From: Candidatus Nomurabacteria bacterium GW2011_GWE1_32_28
Lineage (GTDB): Bacteria > Patescibacteriota > Minisyncoccia > Phycocordibacterales > UBA9973
Length of the DNA stretch: 64,000 bases
Direction: 5' to 3'
Assembly (NCBI GenBank): GCA_000989515.1
Contig: LBOM01000005.1
Span: 2,709 to 66,708 of the forward strand
Shown: positions 39,302 through 48,030 of the stretch, piece by piece
How positions within the stretch are numbered: the first letter of the stretch is position 1
How the letters are laid out: each line of letters opens with the position of its first letter
Notes under the pieces: generated by a model
Told to the model about the DNA's origin: nothing
Databases searched by the model: none
Seen by the model: only the letters and a program-made list of their open reading frames with translations
Position numbers and translations under genes: made by a program

Positions 39302-39854
39302 TAATTTTTAATTGATTCTATAGTTGCTTTTTACCCAAAAATATGCGAAAATAGAGTTGTGGATATTTGGCCTCAAAAGCTATTGTTCTTTTATTAGACG
39401 AGTTATCCACATAATATATTGCTCTATCTTATAGCTATATATTATACTATCTAAAGTGTTCAGAGATTGCGCTTTTATTGAGTGTGTTCTGTGTTCACAA
39501 TTTATATTTGTTTTTGTTCATAATTTCGTCGAAAAAATTTTGAATAAAGGCAAGCCCAACAAAGGTCAAAAATTTGTTTGGGTAAAAGAAAGGTCATTGA
39601 AAACTGAATAAAAAATATCTTATAAAAAGTAAATTTTTTGTAAGAGATTTTGTTCAAGTTTTTAATCTCAATTGAAAAATAAAAAATATTAAAAACATTT
39701 TTTATCATCAATTGATGTTTAAAGAAATCTGTTCATTATTAAATTTTTTCGTCGCATTATTAATTTTTATAAGTTATAGACGAAGAAAAAATAATGATAG
39801 AAAAAATACGCTTTTGGTTTTGTCGAAACTAACTTAATGGCGTAGAAAAAAATT

Positions 39855-42800
39855 ATGAGTAAATTATTAAAATCAAAATTTTTTCTTGGAGTAGCAGTGT
39901 TCGCACTTGCATTCGTTGTCACAGCTTCAGCTATGGCAGCAGATGGTGTTATCACAAAAACTCTTAAGAAGGGAATGAAAGATGTTCAAGTTCAATATCT
40001 TCAACAGACTCTTAACGAAAAAGGTTTTACAGTATCATCAACAGGTGCTGGTTCAGCTGGTTCTGAAACAACATACTTTGGTCCTGCTACTGTAAATGCA
40101 GTAAAAGCTTTTCAAGCTGCTAAGAGTTTAGTAGCTGATGGTATATTTGGTGCAAAGTCACGTGCAGCTTTAGATAGTTCATCTACAGTTGGTGATCTTT
40201 GTCCAAATGGCATGACAATGGCAAGTAACTGTACTACTCTACCAAGTAGTACAACAGAAACTCTTTGTCCAAATGGCATGACATTAGCAAGTAACTGTTC
40301 AGTTGCTCCAGCTGGAAATTCAACTTCAACTGGTCCTATCGCAGTTTCTCTTGCTTATACAAATCCAGCTCCTGGAACATTAGTTACAGGTCAAGCAACA
40401 GCTGACCTTGCACACTTTAATTTCACAGGAACAGGAACAGTCACAGCTCTTACATTACAAAGAATCGGAGTTTCCGCTGACACAACACCTTCAAATATCT
40501 ATCTTTTTGATGGAGCAACACGTCTTACAGACGCAGCTTCTGTCACAAATACTGGTTTAGTTACTTTTGCAAACCCAGCTGGTTTGTTTGTAGGTGGCAA
40601 GACCATTTCTGTAAAGTCAGATATCTTGACAAATACATCAGGTCAAACTCTTGGAATGAAATTAGTATCTTACACAGTAGATGGAGTAGCTACAGCTGCT
40701 AACATTTCAGGAAATATACACAATATTGCTTCTGCAACATTGGCTGCAGTTTCTGCAGGTACAGTTACACCATCAGGTGCAACTATCAACCCAGCTGCTG
40801 CTGTAACACTATGGCAATCAACATTAACAGTCTCACAAAGAGATGTGTTGATGAAAAGATTAGCTCTACGTCAAGTAGGTTCAGCTCCAGCTTCAGCTTT
40901 CCAAAACTTTAAGCTCTATGTAAATGGAGTACAAGTAGGAACAGCTACAGGTCTTGATATCAACGGATATGTCACATTTGATTTAACTTCTGCTCCAGCT
41001 ACATTAGTAGCAGGATCAAGAGTTGTTAGAGTAGATGCAGATGTTGTATCTGGTGCTTCACGCACAGTTCAACTTTCTCTACGTCAAGCAGCAGATGTTG
41101 ATTTCGTAGATTCAAGCTTCGGTGTAAACATTACCCCAACTTCAACTCCATGGACAGGATCAGCAAGTACAATTTCTGGTACTTCAGGTGGATCATTGAC
41201 AGTTGAAAAGGATGTTACATCTCCTTCAACAAACTTAACTTTGTCTGGAACTGATGTAAATCTTGGAACATTCAAATTAACAGCTTATGGTGAATCAATC
41301 AAGGTTGAAACACTTACAGCTGGATTTACCTATACAGATACTTCAGCTGGTGGTAACACAGCTACATTGAGAAACGGACGTCTTTTGATTAACGGTGTTC
41401 AATATGGCTCTACAGCTACAATATTAGCTGCTGGAACTTCATTTACAACAAACTACACAGTAGTTCCTGGTACACCAGTACTAGTAGAAGTACATGCAGA
41501 TGTTTATGACAATGATGGTACTCTAGCAATCGAAGCTGCAGATACAATTGTTGCAACACTTAAGACAGGTTCTTCAAATGCTACACGTGTAGATTCAATG
41601 GGTTCGTTCAATGTTCCTAGTGCAGATGTCTCAGGAAATACATTGACAGTAGCTACAACATCTATCACATTATCAAAGAATGGAACATATGCTAACCAAA
41701 CAACAGTTCTTCCAGCAACTAATTTCAAAATTGGTTCATGGAATTTGACTGGTAGTTCAGTAGAAGATGTTCTTTTGACAACATTGTCATTTGATGCTGA
41801 TGAGGTAGTTGGTACAGAATTTGACGAAGGTGATATGACAAATATGTATGTAGTAGTAAAGAGTGGTTCAACAACAGTTGCTCAACCTTCACCACTAGGT
41901 ACAGTGTCAGCAGCCGACAACAATTTCTCAATCAATTACACTCTTCCTAAAAATGGAAGTGTAACAATTGAATTGTTTGCTAATCTTTCTGATGATGGTC
42001 TTGATTCTGCTATTGATGCAGCTGATTCATTCAAAACAGATCTTACTATAACAGGTACTTCTCTTGTTTCTGGTCAATCTGTCACAGCTACTTCAGCTGA
42101 TACAGATGGTCAAACAATTGCTTATGGTTCAGCTTCAATCACTGTCACAAAAGATGCTTCAACACCAGTTGCAGCTATCGTTTATGACAACCAAGAAGTA
42201 ACAACAGCAGCATTGAAATTTGCAGCTGTCACTTCAGGTTACAACGTAACAGATCTTACATTTACAGTTGATTCTACAACAGTAGCTAATACAGTCAATC
42301 TTTATGATGGTTCTACTTTGTTAGCATCACAAGCAGGTGGAGTATCTCCATTGACTTTCTCAGGATTGGCATGGAACATTCCAGCTAATACAAATAAAGT
42401 CCTTACTGTTAAATTAGTATTAGGTGAAGTTTCTGATTCAGGTGCTGGTAGTACAAACGGTGCTGCATTGTTAACAACATTGACATCCTTTACTGCAACT
42501 TCAACATCAACAGGTGTTTCAGCAGCGGGTACTATCACAAGTGGAGCAGGAAATGTAGCATACGTTTATGCAGCAGTTCCTTCTCTTGAAAATGTATCTT
42601 TGTCTTCTACTAATGTTACTGCAGGTACAAATGTATTTGCTAAATACAAAGTTACTTCAAATGGAGGTCCTACAGCATGGGAAAAAACAATCTTTACTAT
42701 TGCTCGTGCAACAACAGGTGCAGCAGTTGCAAATACCTTTACTCTTTGGGATGAAAACAATACCCAAGTAGCAGGTACAGCAACTCTAACCGATGCAGGT

Positions 42801-43145
42801 ACAGCAGATAACGATTGTGCTGATGCTCTTGATACTTCATGTACAGTTACATTTGTTGCAACTACAGAACAGCAAGTAAGTACTTCAAAGACATACTCAT
42901 TAAAGGGTTCAGTCTCTGGTACACTTACTGATGGAGATTACTTCTCTACTTCTATAGCTCAACCTTCAAGTTTTGTAGCAGCTGATGATTACACAGCAGT
43001 TGCTGCAACAGCAGCTACATTTGTATGGTCAGATATGACTGGTATTGGTCATGACATTACAAGTGAGACTGTTCTTGATTGGAACAATGGATATCTTGTA
43101 AAAATTCTTCCTCTTGATGCACAAACTTTGACTAGATCACTCTAG
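39855..43145 (+). CDS. Major cell-surface (S-layer-like) protein with an N-terminal peptidoglycan-binding domain
   Basis: Signal/anchor MSKLLKSKFFLGVAVFALAFVVTASAMA and a PG_binding_1-like segment (VQYLQQTLNEKGF...FGPATVNAVKAFQ). About 950 aa are Thr/Ser/Ala/Gly/Val-rich and beta-rich. The codon choice is distinct and visibly biased. Confidence 0.65.
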   Translation: MSKLLKSKFFLGVAVFALAFVVTASAMAADGVITKTLKKGMKDVQVQYLQQTLNEKGFTVSSTGAGSAGSETTYFGPATVNAVKAFQAAKSLVADGIFGAKSRAALDSSSTVGDLCPNGMTMASNCTTLPSSTTETLCPNGMTLASNCSVAPAGNSTSTGPIAVSLAYTNPAPGTLVTGQATADLAHFNFTGTGTVTALTLQRIGVSADTTPSNIYLFDGATRLTDAASVTNTGLVTFANPAGLFVGGKTISVKSDILTNTSGQTLGMKLVSYTVDGVATAANISGNIHNIASATLAAVSAGTVTPSGATINPAAAVTLWQSTLTVSQRDVLMKRLALRQVGSAPASAFQNFKLYVNGVQVGTATGLDINGYVTFDLTSAPATLVAGSRVVRVDADVVSGASRTVQLSLRQAADVDFVDSSFGVNITPTSTPWTGSASTISGTSGGSLTVEKDVTSPSTNLTLSGTDVNLGTFKLTAYGESIKVETLTAGFTYTDTSAGGNTATLRNGRLLINGVQYGSTATILAAGTSFTTNYTVVPGTPVLVEVHADVYDNDGTLAIEAADTIVATLKTGSSNATRVDSMGSFNVPSADVSGNTLTVATTSITLSKNGTYANQTTVLPATNFKIGSWNLTGSSVEDVLLTTLSFDADEVVGTEFDEGDMTNMYVVVKSGSTTVAQPSPLGTVSAADNNFSINYTLPKNGSVTIELFANLSDDGLDSAIDAADSFKTDLTITGTSLVSGQSVTATSADTDGQTIAYGSASITVTKDASTPVAAIVYDNQEVTTAALKFAAVTSGYNVTDLTFTVDSTTVANTVNLYDGSTLLASQAGGVSPLTFSGLAWNIPANTNKVLTVKLVLGEVSDSGAGSTNGAALLTTLTSFTATSTSTGVSAAGTITSGAGNVAYVYAAVPSLENVSLSSTNVTAGTNVFAKYKVTSNGGPTAWEKTIFTIARATTGAAVANTFTLWDENNTQVAGTATLTDAGTADNDCADALDTSCTVTFVATTEQQVSTSKTYSLKGSVSGTLTDGDYFSTSIAQPSSFVAADDYTAVAATAATFVWSDMTGIGHDITSETVLDWNNGYLVKILPLDAQTLTRSL

Positions 43146-43260
43146 TACTTAGTTTATGAAATCTAGTCGAGTCTTTTAAAAGATTAAACTAAAGTTTCAG
43201 TTAAGTAAGTTTTCCTAAACTATAAATTGGAAGTCTGATTGACTTAAATCATCAACAAAA

Positions 43261-43282
43261 AACCACCCTTAATTGGGTGGTT
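43261..43282 (+). terminator. Terminator after the surface-protein gene
   Basis: AACCACCC-TTAATT-GGGTGGTT followed by a T-run. Confidence 0.75.
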
Positions 43283-43494
43283 TTTTGTTTGCCAATTTTT
43301 TTATCCAAACCTAACCACCTCCAATTCTTCCACTTCACCTAATTTCCCACAAGTCCCACAAGTTGAACTTGTGGGAAATTAAATCTTAATTAAATAAGGG
43401 CCTTCTTTTCATAGTTATCCACAATTAGCTTTCCCCGAAACCAGGTTTCGGGGAAGGAGAAGGTGGGTTTGTTTTTGTTGTTCATTATATTATA

Positions 43495-44199
43495 ATGAAC
43501 ATTATGATGAATATAGATAAAAAATATATAAAAGTTTGGGTTATTATAGCTGTTGTTGTTATTTTATTAGGATTAGGTTTTTATTTTAAAACTGACATAC
43601 AAAAGAAGTTTTCAACCCAAGAACCTATTGTTGAAGACAAGGTTTTATTAGAAGATGAAGAAAATAATAATACTGAAGCTCCTTCAGAAATAGAAGTAGG
43701 AGTAGAGGAGACAAAAGAAAATGTAGATTTGAAAGCTAAATTTAACGAAGCATTAAAAAATGCACGTGAAGCTTTTGTAAAAAAAGAATATCAAAAATCT
43801 TTAGATTATTATAACGAATCACTAAAATATAAAAATTCTGATATAAGTTATGCTGGAATGTTTTCAGTGTATTCTGCAAAGGGGGAGACAGCAAAAGCAG
43901 TGGAAATGTTAGATAAAGCTATCAAATTAAATCCTGCATATACTGAATATTGGAATTGGAAACTAATCATCTTAGAAGAAAAGACGAGTGCATCTTTTGC
44001 TGATTTAAAAAAGATTTATGAAGATGGTTTAACCAAAGTAGATTATAGAACTAAAGTAAATTTAGTCACTTTCTTTGCAAATATTACGGAGAGGTTTAAT
44101 CAAAAAGAGGAGGCCATATCACTTTGGACTTATGCACAAGAACTCTATCCAGAAAATAAAGAAATTTATCAGAAAGAGATAGATAGATTAACTGAATAA
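43495..44199 (+). CDS. Membrane-anchored TPR-repeat protein
   Basis: N-terminal TM helix and TPR-like repeats (YQKSLDYYNESLKY..., AKAVEMLDKAIKLNP...). Confidence 0.65.
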   Translation: MNIMMNIDKKYIKVWVIIAVVVILLGLGFYFKTDIQKKFSTQEPIVEDKVLLEDEENNNTEAPSEIEVGVEETKENVDLKAKFNEALKNAREAFVKKEYQKSLDYYNESLKYKNSDISYAGMFSVYSAKGETAKAVEMLDKAIKLNPAYTEYWNWKLIILEEKTSASFADLKKIYEDGLTKVDYRTKVNLVTFFANITERFNQKEEAISLWTYAQELYPENKEIYQKEIDRLTE

Positions 44200-44364
44200 G
44201 TGGTCCCCACAAGTTCAACTTGTGGAAACACTAAAACCACCTGATGGTGGTTTTAGTGTTTATTTTATGGTATAATAACAATACGTAATATTTATACTCT
44301 TTTGGTCGATACAAAATCTCTTTTTATATTTATACGCATTATTATAATAATTTCTAAAAATTTT

Positions 44365-44877
44365 ATGGAAAATGAAAATAAAAACAATAAGGTTGTCTAT
44401 TATGTTATAGGTGTAGTTATCGTTGTTGTTTTAATTCTTTTAGTTGTTTTGAATATGCAAACTTCTAATGAAACAATTACTCCAAATACAGATGATGAGA
44501 CGGCACTCGAGTCTGATCTAACGGCTGAGGATATCACAAAAATCTCAGAAGATACTAGTGAGGGGAGTATAAATGTTGGTGCTAGTGTTTCTACGATTTC
44601 TTATGCAGATGCATTGATAAAATATGCAGACAAAAGAATTCAATTTGATACAGCATGTCAGACATTTCCAAATACTGTCACATATAAAGATAATACTGGT
44701 ATCATGCTTGACAATCGTTCATCAATATCTAGAACTATTAAAGTAGGAACCAATTACACAGTTAAACCTTGGAGTTTTAAAATTGTTGTTCTACCAAATA
44801 TTTATCTTCAATCAAAAACTATCCTAGTAGATTGTGATAAATCTCAAAACGTAGCAACCATTCTAGTCCAAGAATAA
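44365..44877 (+). CDS. Hypothetical membrane-anchored protein
   Basis: The ATG at 44365 precedes a TM helix (VVYYVIGVVIVVVLILLVV). The track's TTG start at 44302 is less likely. Confidence 0.5.
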   Translation: MENENKNNKVVYYVIGVVIVVVLILLVVLNMQTSNETITPNTDDETALESDLTAEDITKISEDTSEGSINVGASVSTISYADALIKYADKRIQFDTACQTFPNTVTYKDNTGIMLDNRSSISRTIKVGTNYTVKPWSFKIVVLPNIYLQSKTILVDCDKSQNVATILVQE

Positions 44878-44893
44878 AATTTAATAAATCTTA

Positions 44894-44912
44894 TCGGGTG
44901 TTGGACACCCGA
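44894..44912. repeat. REP-like palindrome, copy 1
   Basis: TCGGGTGTTGGACACCCGA. It begins a composite repeat of about 125 bp that is also found at 45789. Confidence 0.85.
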
Positions 44913-45085
44913 CAGAAAGAAAGTTTTTTCAAAACACTCACAAAATGTGGGTGTTTTTTATTATATTATGAGATAATGAGTAAGTTGTATTTTTATAATT
45001 TAATTTAAATATTTTTTTATACATTAAGTGTAAGGGGAATATTTTTTTACTAATGACGTATAGAAAAGTTCCACTTATATCTTCC

Positions 45086-45106
45086 GTCGGGTGTCCAACA
45101 CCCGAC
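45086..45106. repeat. REP-like palindrome, copy 2 (loop flipped)
   Basis: GTCGGGTGTCCAACACCCGAC. The central TGG/CCA is inverted relative to the other copies. Confidence 0.85.
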
Positions 45107-45177
45107 AGTTGAATAAATTTGAAGATTTTTTGTTGGTCTGTATACTTTTTTACTTTTTAAAAGTATATAATTAGATA

Positions 45178-45774
45178 ATGGATCAAAAACAACCATGGTT
45201 TATAAATTTGTTTTTAAATTTTAAAGGAAGACTTTTAATTATAGTTTTTATTACGATCTTTGTTACGTTAATTACAGTTATTCATTCTTTTGTATTGAGA
45301 TTAAATCCTTATTTAATCATAGAGTTAGTAATCACTGTTTCTTTTTTTGGTATGTATTTTTCTATTCCTCAATTGATTGCTACTCAAAAAAGTGAAAAAT
45401 TTAGAAAAAGATTATATCTTAAAAGTGGTAAAAAAATATTATCATTATTATCTTCGATTTCTTTCTATTTTATTTTATGTATTTTAATTGTTTTTTTATT
45501 TGGTATGGTTCTTGCTACTATATTTACTTCATCTGACAATGGAGAAATTTGGGCTTATTCTCTTTTTGGTTCTGGTTTATATGTTTTTATCTTTTGGTTA
45601 GCTTCTTTCTTAGTTGGTGTAATTTCTTTATTATTAAATTCTAATAAATCGGAAATTGTAATAGTTCAGGAAAGAACTCCTGTTAAAGTTTATTTTTCAT
45701 CTATTATTTTTATTTTTTTATCCGTACTTGTATTATTCTTTGTATTTATATTTACTGTAGAAAATTATTTATAA
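45178..45774 (+). CDS. Hypothetical polytopic membrane protein
   Basis: 198 aa with about 5 hydrophobic spans. Confidence 0.5.
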   Translation: MDQKQPWFINLFLNFKGRLLIIVFITIFVTLITVIHSFVLRLNPYLIIELVITVSFFGMYFSIPQLIATQKSEKFRKRLYLKSGKKILSLLSSISFYFILCILIVFLFGMVLATIFTSSDNGEIWAYSLFGSGLYVFIFWLASFLVGVISLLLNSNKSEIVIVQERTPVKVYFSSIIFIFLSVLVLFFVFIFTVENYL

Positions 45775-45788
45775 TTTTACTTTATTAT

Positions 45789-45815
45789 CTTGTCGGGTGT
45801 TGGACACCCGACAAG
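45789..45815. repeat. REP-like palindrome, copy 3
   Basis: CTTGTCGGGTGTTGGACACCCGACAAG. Confidence 0.85.
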
Positions 45816-45962
45816 ATAAGGAGTTTTTATAAAACACTCATATTTTACGGGTGTTTTATTTTGTGTTATGAGATAATAGTTATGGTTGTATTTATAATTT
45901 TATTTTAATAAAGATTTTTAAAAGATTTCCAGTTATTGGATTTCTGTAGATCTTAATTTTTT

Positions 45963-46622
45963 ATGAGAAAAAATCCTCTTGTAACTAATCAGTATTATCA
46001 TATTTATAATAGAGGAGTCGATAAAAGAGATATTTTTATGAATAAATCTGATTTAGATAGATTTATTTTGAGTGTAAAGGAATTTAATATAGTTAAACCT
46101 ATAGGTAGTATTAAAGAGCGATTAATAGAATTAAAAGCCCCGTCGGGTGTTGGACACCCGACGGGGCTTGTTTCTATTGTCTGTTATTGTTTTAATCCAA
46201 ATCATTTTCATTTTATTTTAAAACAAGAAGTAGATGGTGGAATTTCAGAATTTTTTAAGCGTTTACTTGGTGGATATACAAATTATTTTAATTTAATACA
46301 CAAGAGAAATGGGGCATTATTTCAAGGAAGATTTAAGTCTAATTTGGTTGACGATGAAGAATATTTTTTAAAAATTCGTCCTTATGTGCATTTAAATTAT
46401 TTAGTACATGATATTCCAAAAGAAAAAAAGTATTTAATATCATCAAGCAAGAAAGAATATGATACTAATAAATTTACTATTGTTTCAAAAAAAGAAGCAA
46501 AAGAACTTTTGGATTTTTATAATGGTAATCTAAATTATAAAAAAGAATGCTTAGATGTAATTTCTTTTATTCGAGAAGAAAGAGGATTAACTTCTTTGTT
46601 TGAAGAAGAATTATTACCATAA
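45963..46622 (+). CDS. REP-associated tyrosine transposase (RAYT; IS200/IS605 TnpA-like HUH Y1 enzyme)
   Basis: YYHIYNRGVDKRDIF, the HUH motif NPNHFHFIL, ALFQGRFKS and the Tyr motif RPYVHLNYL. REP palindromes flank it. Confidence 0.8.
   Translation: MRKNPLVTNQYYHIYNRGVDKRDIFMNKSDLDRFILSVKEFNIVKPIGSIKERLIELKAPSGVGHPTGLVSIVCYCFNPNHFHFILKQEVDGGISEFFKRLLGGYTNYFNLIHKRNGALFQGRFKSNLVDDEEYFLKIRPYVHLNYLVHDIPKEKKYLISSSKKEYDTNKFTIVSKKEAKELLDFYNGNLNYKKECLDVISFIREERGLTSLFEEELLP
46137..46167. repeat. REP-like palindrome, copy 4, inside the RAYT coding sequence
   Basis: GCCCCGTCGGGTGT-TGG-ACACCCGACGGGGC (14-bp stem). It is translated in frame as APSGVGHPTGL. Confidence 0.85.
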
Positions 46623-46635
46623 AAATTATCCCTTA

Positions 46636-46654
46636 TCGGGTGTTGGACACCCGA
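46636..46654. repeat. REP-like palindrome, copy 5
   Basis: TCGGGTGTTGGACACCCGA, 14 bp after the RAYT stop codon. Confidence 0.85.
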
Positions 46655-46723
46655 AATGGAAAGTTATACACCTTTTTGCTTTATTTTTGTTGTGTAATGT
46701 TTTCATTAGCATATACTTGAACA

Positions 46724-47374
46724 ATGGATAAAATAAAAATATTTTTTGGTGCTCACAAAATTTTGAAAATATTTATGTGGGCTTTTTTAATTCTACTTGG
46801 ATTGTATATTATTTTGGTTGCTTTTCGTGTTGTTAATCTTTTTAATTTAGATAAGACAAATGCACAAGTAGAAAAGATTCATAATACAAAACTTTCTATA
46901 GATGATGTGATGGGTGTAAATCTTCCTTCTGATCCTGGTGTTGAAGCTGATAAAACTGTGCAAGGTATCGATGCTAATGAAAATGGTATTCGTGATGATG
47001 TGGAGATAGCTATATTTAAAGAATATCCCAATTCTGCAAAAACTCGCGCAGTCCTTTTGCAGTATGCTTTAGCTTTGCAGATGGAAGTAATTCAACCTAT
47101 TGAGAATACAGTTACTGTGACAGAAATTATAACAGAACAAAGCAGGGCAGATACTTGTGTTGCCGATACTCTTGTACCCAGAGAAAGTCCTGAATCTTCA
47201 AGACATTATTCTGATGTGGAAAAAATTAACACTTTTATTAAATCTATTGAAGGTAAACAATTTAATACAGAGGTAAGAAAATCAAATCATCAAAATTTTA
47301 TGAAAAATCTTAGAAGTTTTGGAGAATCAACTAATGAAATTTGTGACATAGATATTTTGAAGTTAACAGATTAA
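46724..47374 (+). CDS. Hypothetical membrane-anchored protein
   Basis: 216-aa ORF with an N-terminal TM helix. Confidence 0.5.
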   Translation: MDKIKIFFGAHKILKIFMWAFLILLGLYIILVAFRVVNLFNLDKTNAQVEKIHNTKLSIDDVMGVNLPSDPGVEADKTVQGIDANENGIRDDVEIAIFKEYPNSAKTRAVLLQYALALQMEVIQPIENTVTVTEIITEQSRADTCVADTLVPRESPESSRHYSDVEKINTFIKSIEGKQFNTEVRKSNHQNFMKNLRSFGESTNEICDIDILKLTD

Positions 47375-47391
47375 AGTTTTTAATTTTTTAT

Positions 47392-48030
47392 ATGAAAAAT
47401 AGAATATTGTTTATTTTTATCTTGATCTCATTATTTTCATTAAGTTCTAGGGTTTTTGCAAGTGGATTATGTTCTCAGAATGGCTACACTATCGCAACTA
47501 TTAATGGAATATTTACTAATGAAGATGGTGCAAAAGAAAATAGAAATAATTTAAAAAAAGGTTTACCTCTAACTTATAACAACCAACCACTTACAGTAGA
47601 CTATCTATATAACCCAACGCATCTTGCTGGGCTAGGTGATGTTTTTGATGCTATTGCACAGGGGGCTTTCTTTCAAAGATCGGACTATGACCTTACAGAA
47701 ATGCTAAATGATGCAAGTCAGAAGATTGGAACCCAGAAACTTCTTTTAGTGGGTCATTCTCAAGGTAATTTTTATACAAATAATTTTTATGACAAAGTTT
47801 CATCACGTCCTGGTGGGATTCCTGGGAGATCTATCAGTGTGTATGGTGTAGCAAGCCCAGCGGGTTATGTGGATGGTGGAGGAAAATATTTAACTTCAAA
47901 TACAGATGAGGTTATAAATTTTGTTAGAGAAAAAAATACAATTGATGTCTTATCACCCAATATTCATATACCGTTGCAAGCAAGTGATGGCAATGGGCAT
48001 AGTTTCTCAGATGTATATTTGAAATACTAG
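47392..48030 (+). CDS. Secreted lipase/esterase-like alpha/beta hydrolase domain. It ends at a TAG that is in frame with the next ORF.
   Basis: Signal peptide, the nucleophile elbow LVGHSQGN and a late GNGHSF histidine. Confidence 0.6.
   Translation: MKNRILFIFILISLFSLSSRVFASGLCSQNGYTIATINGIFTNEDGAKENRNNLKKGLPLTYNNQPLTVDYLYNPTHLAGLGDVFDAIAQGAFFQRSDYDLTEMLNDASQKIGTQKLLLVGHSQGNFYTNNFYDKVSSRPGGIPGRSISVYGVASPAGYVDGGGKYLTSNTDEVINFVREKNTIDVLSPNIHIPLQASDGNGHSFSDVYLKY

Noticed and set aside
39105-39312. Heptamer/56-bp repeat cluster considered as a CRISPR array
   Set aside because: The units are 7 bp, or a simple 2 x 56 bp tandem duplication. There are no unique spacers of regular length, no cas genes are nearby, and copies occur in both orientations. 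This is a simple or dispersed repeat, not CRISPR.
39358-39411. DnaA-box-like sequences as a replication origin: TGTGGATAT at 39358-39366 and a perfect TTATCCACA at 39403-39411, plus further perfect boxes at 43415-43423 and within the CDS near 53344
   Set aside because: There are only two boxes at the first site and no dnaA/dnaN neighbourhood. No clear DUE/box cluster is present. A few 9-mers of this AT-rich type are plausible by chance in 64 kb. This would need a GC-skew analysis of the whole genome.
48028-48030. TAG reassigned as a sense codon genome-wide
   Set aside because: TAG terminates several well-supported genes in this window at their expected ends, for example pilB at 865, comEC at 11402 and the MBL gene at 13063. 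TGA and TAA are also used as stops, so the standard code fits.
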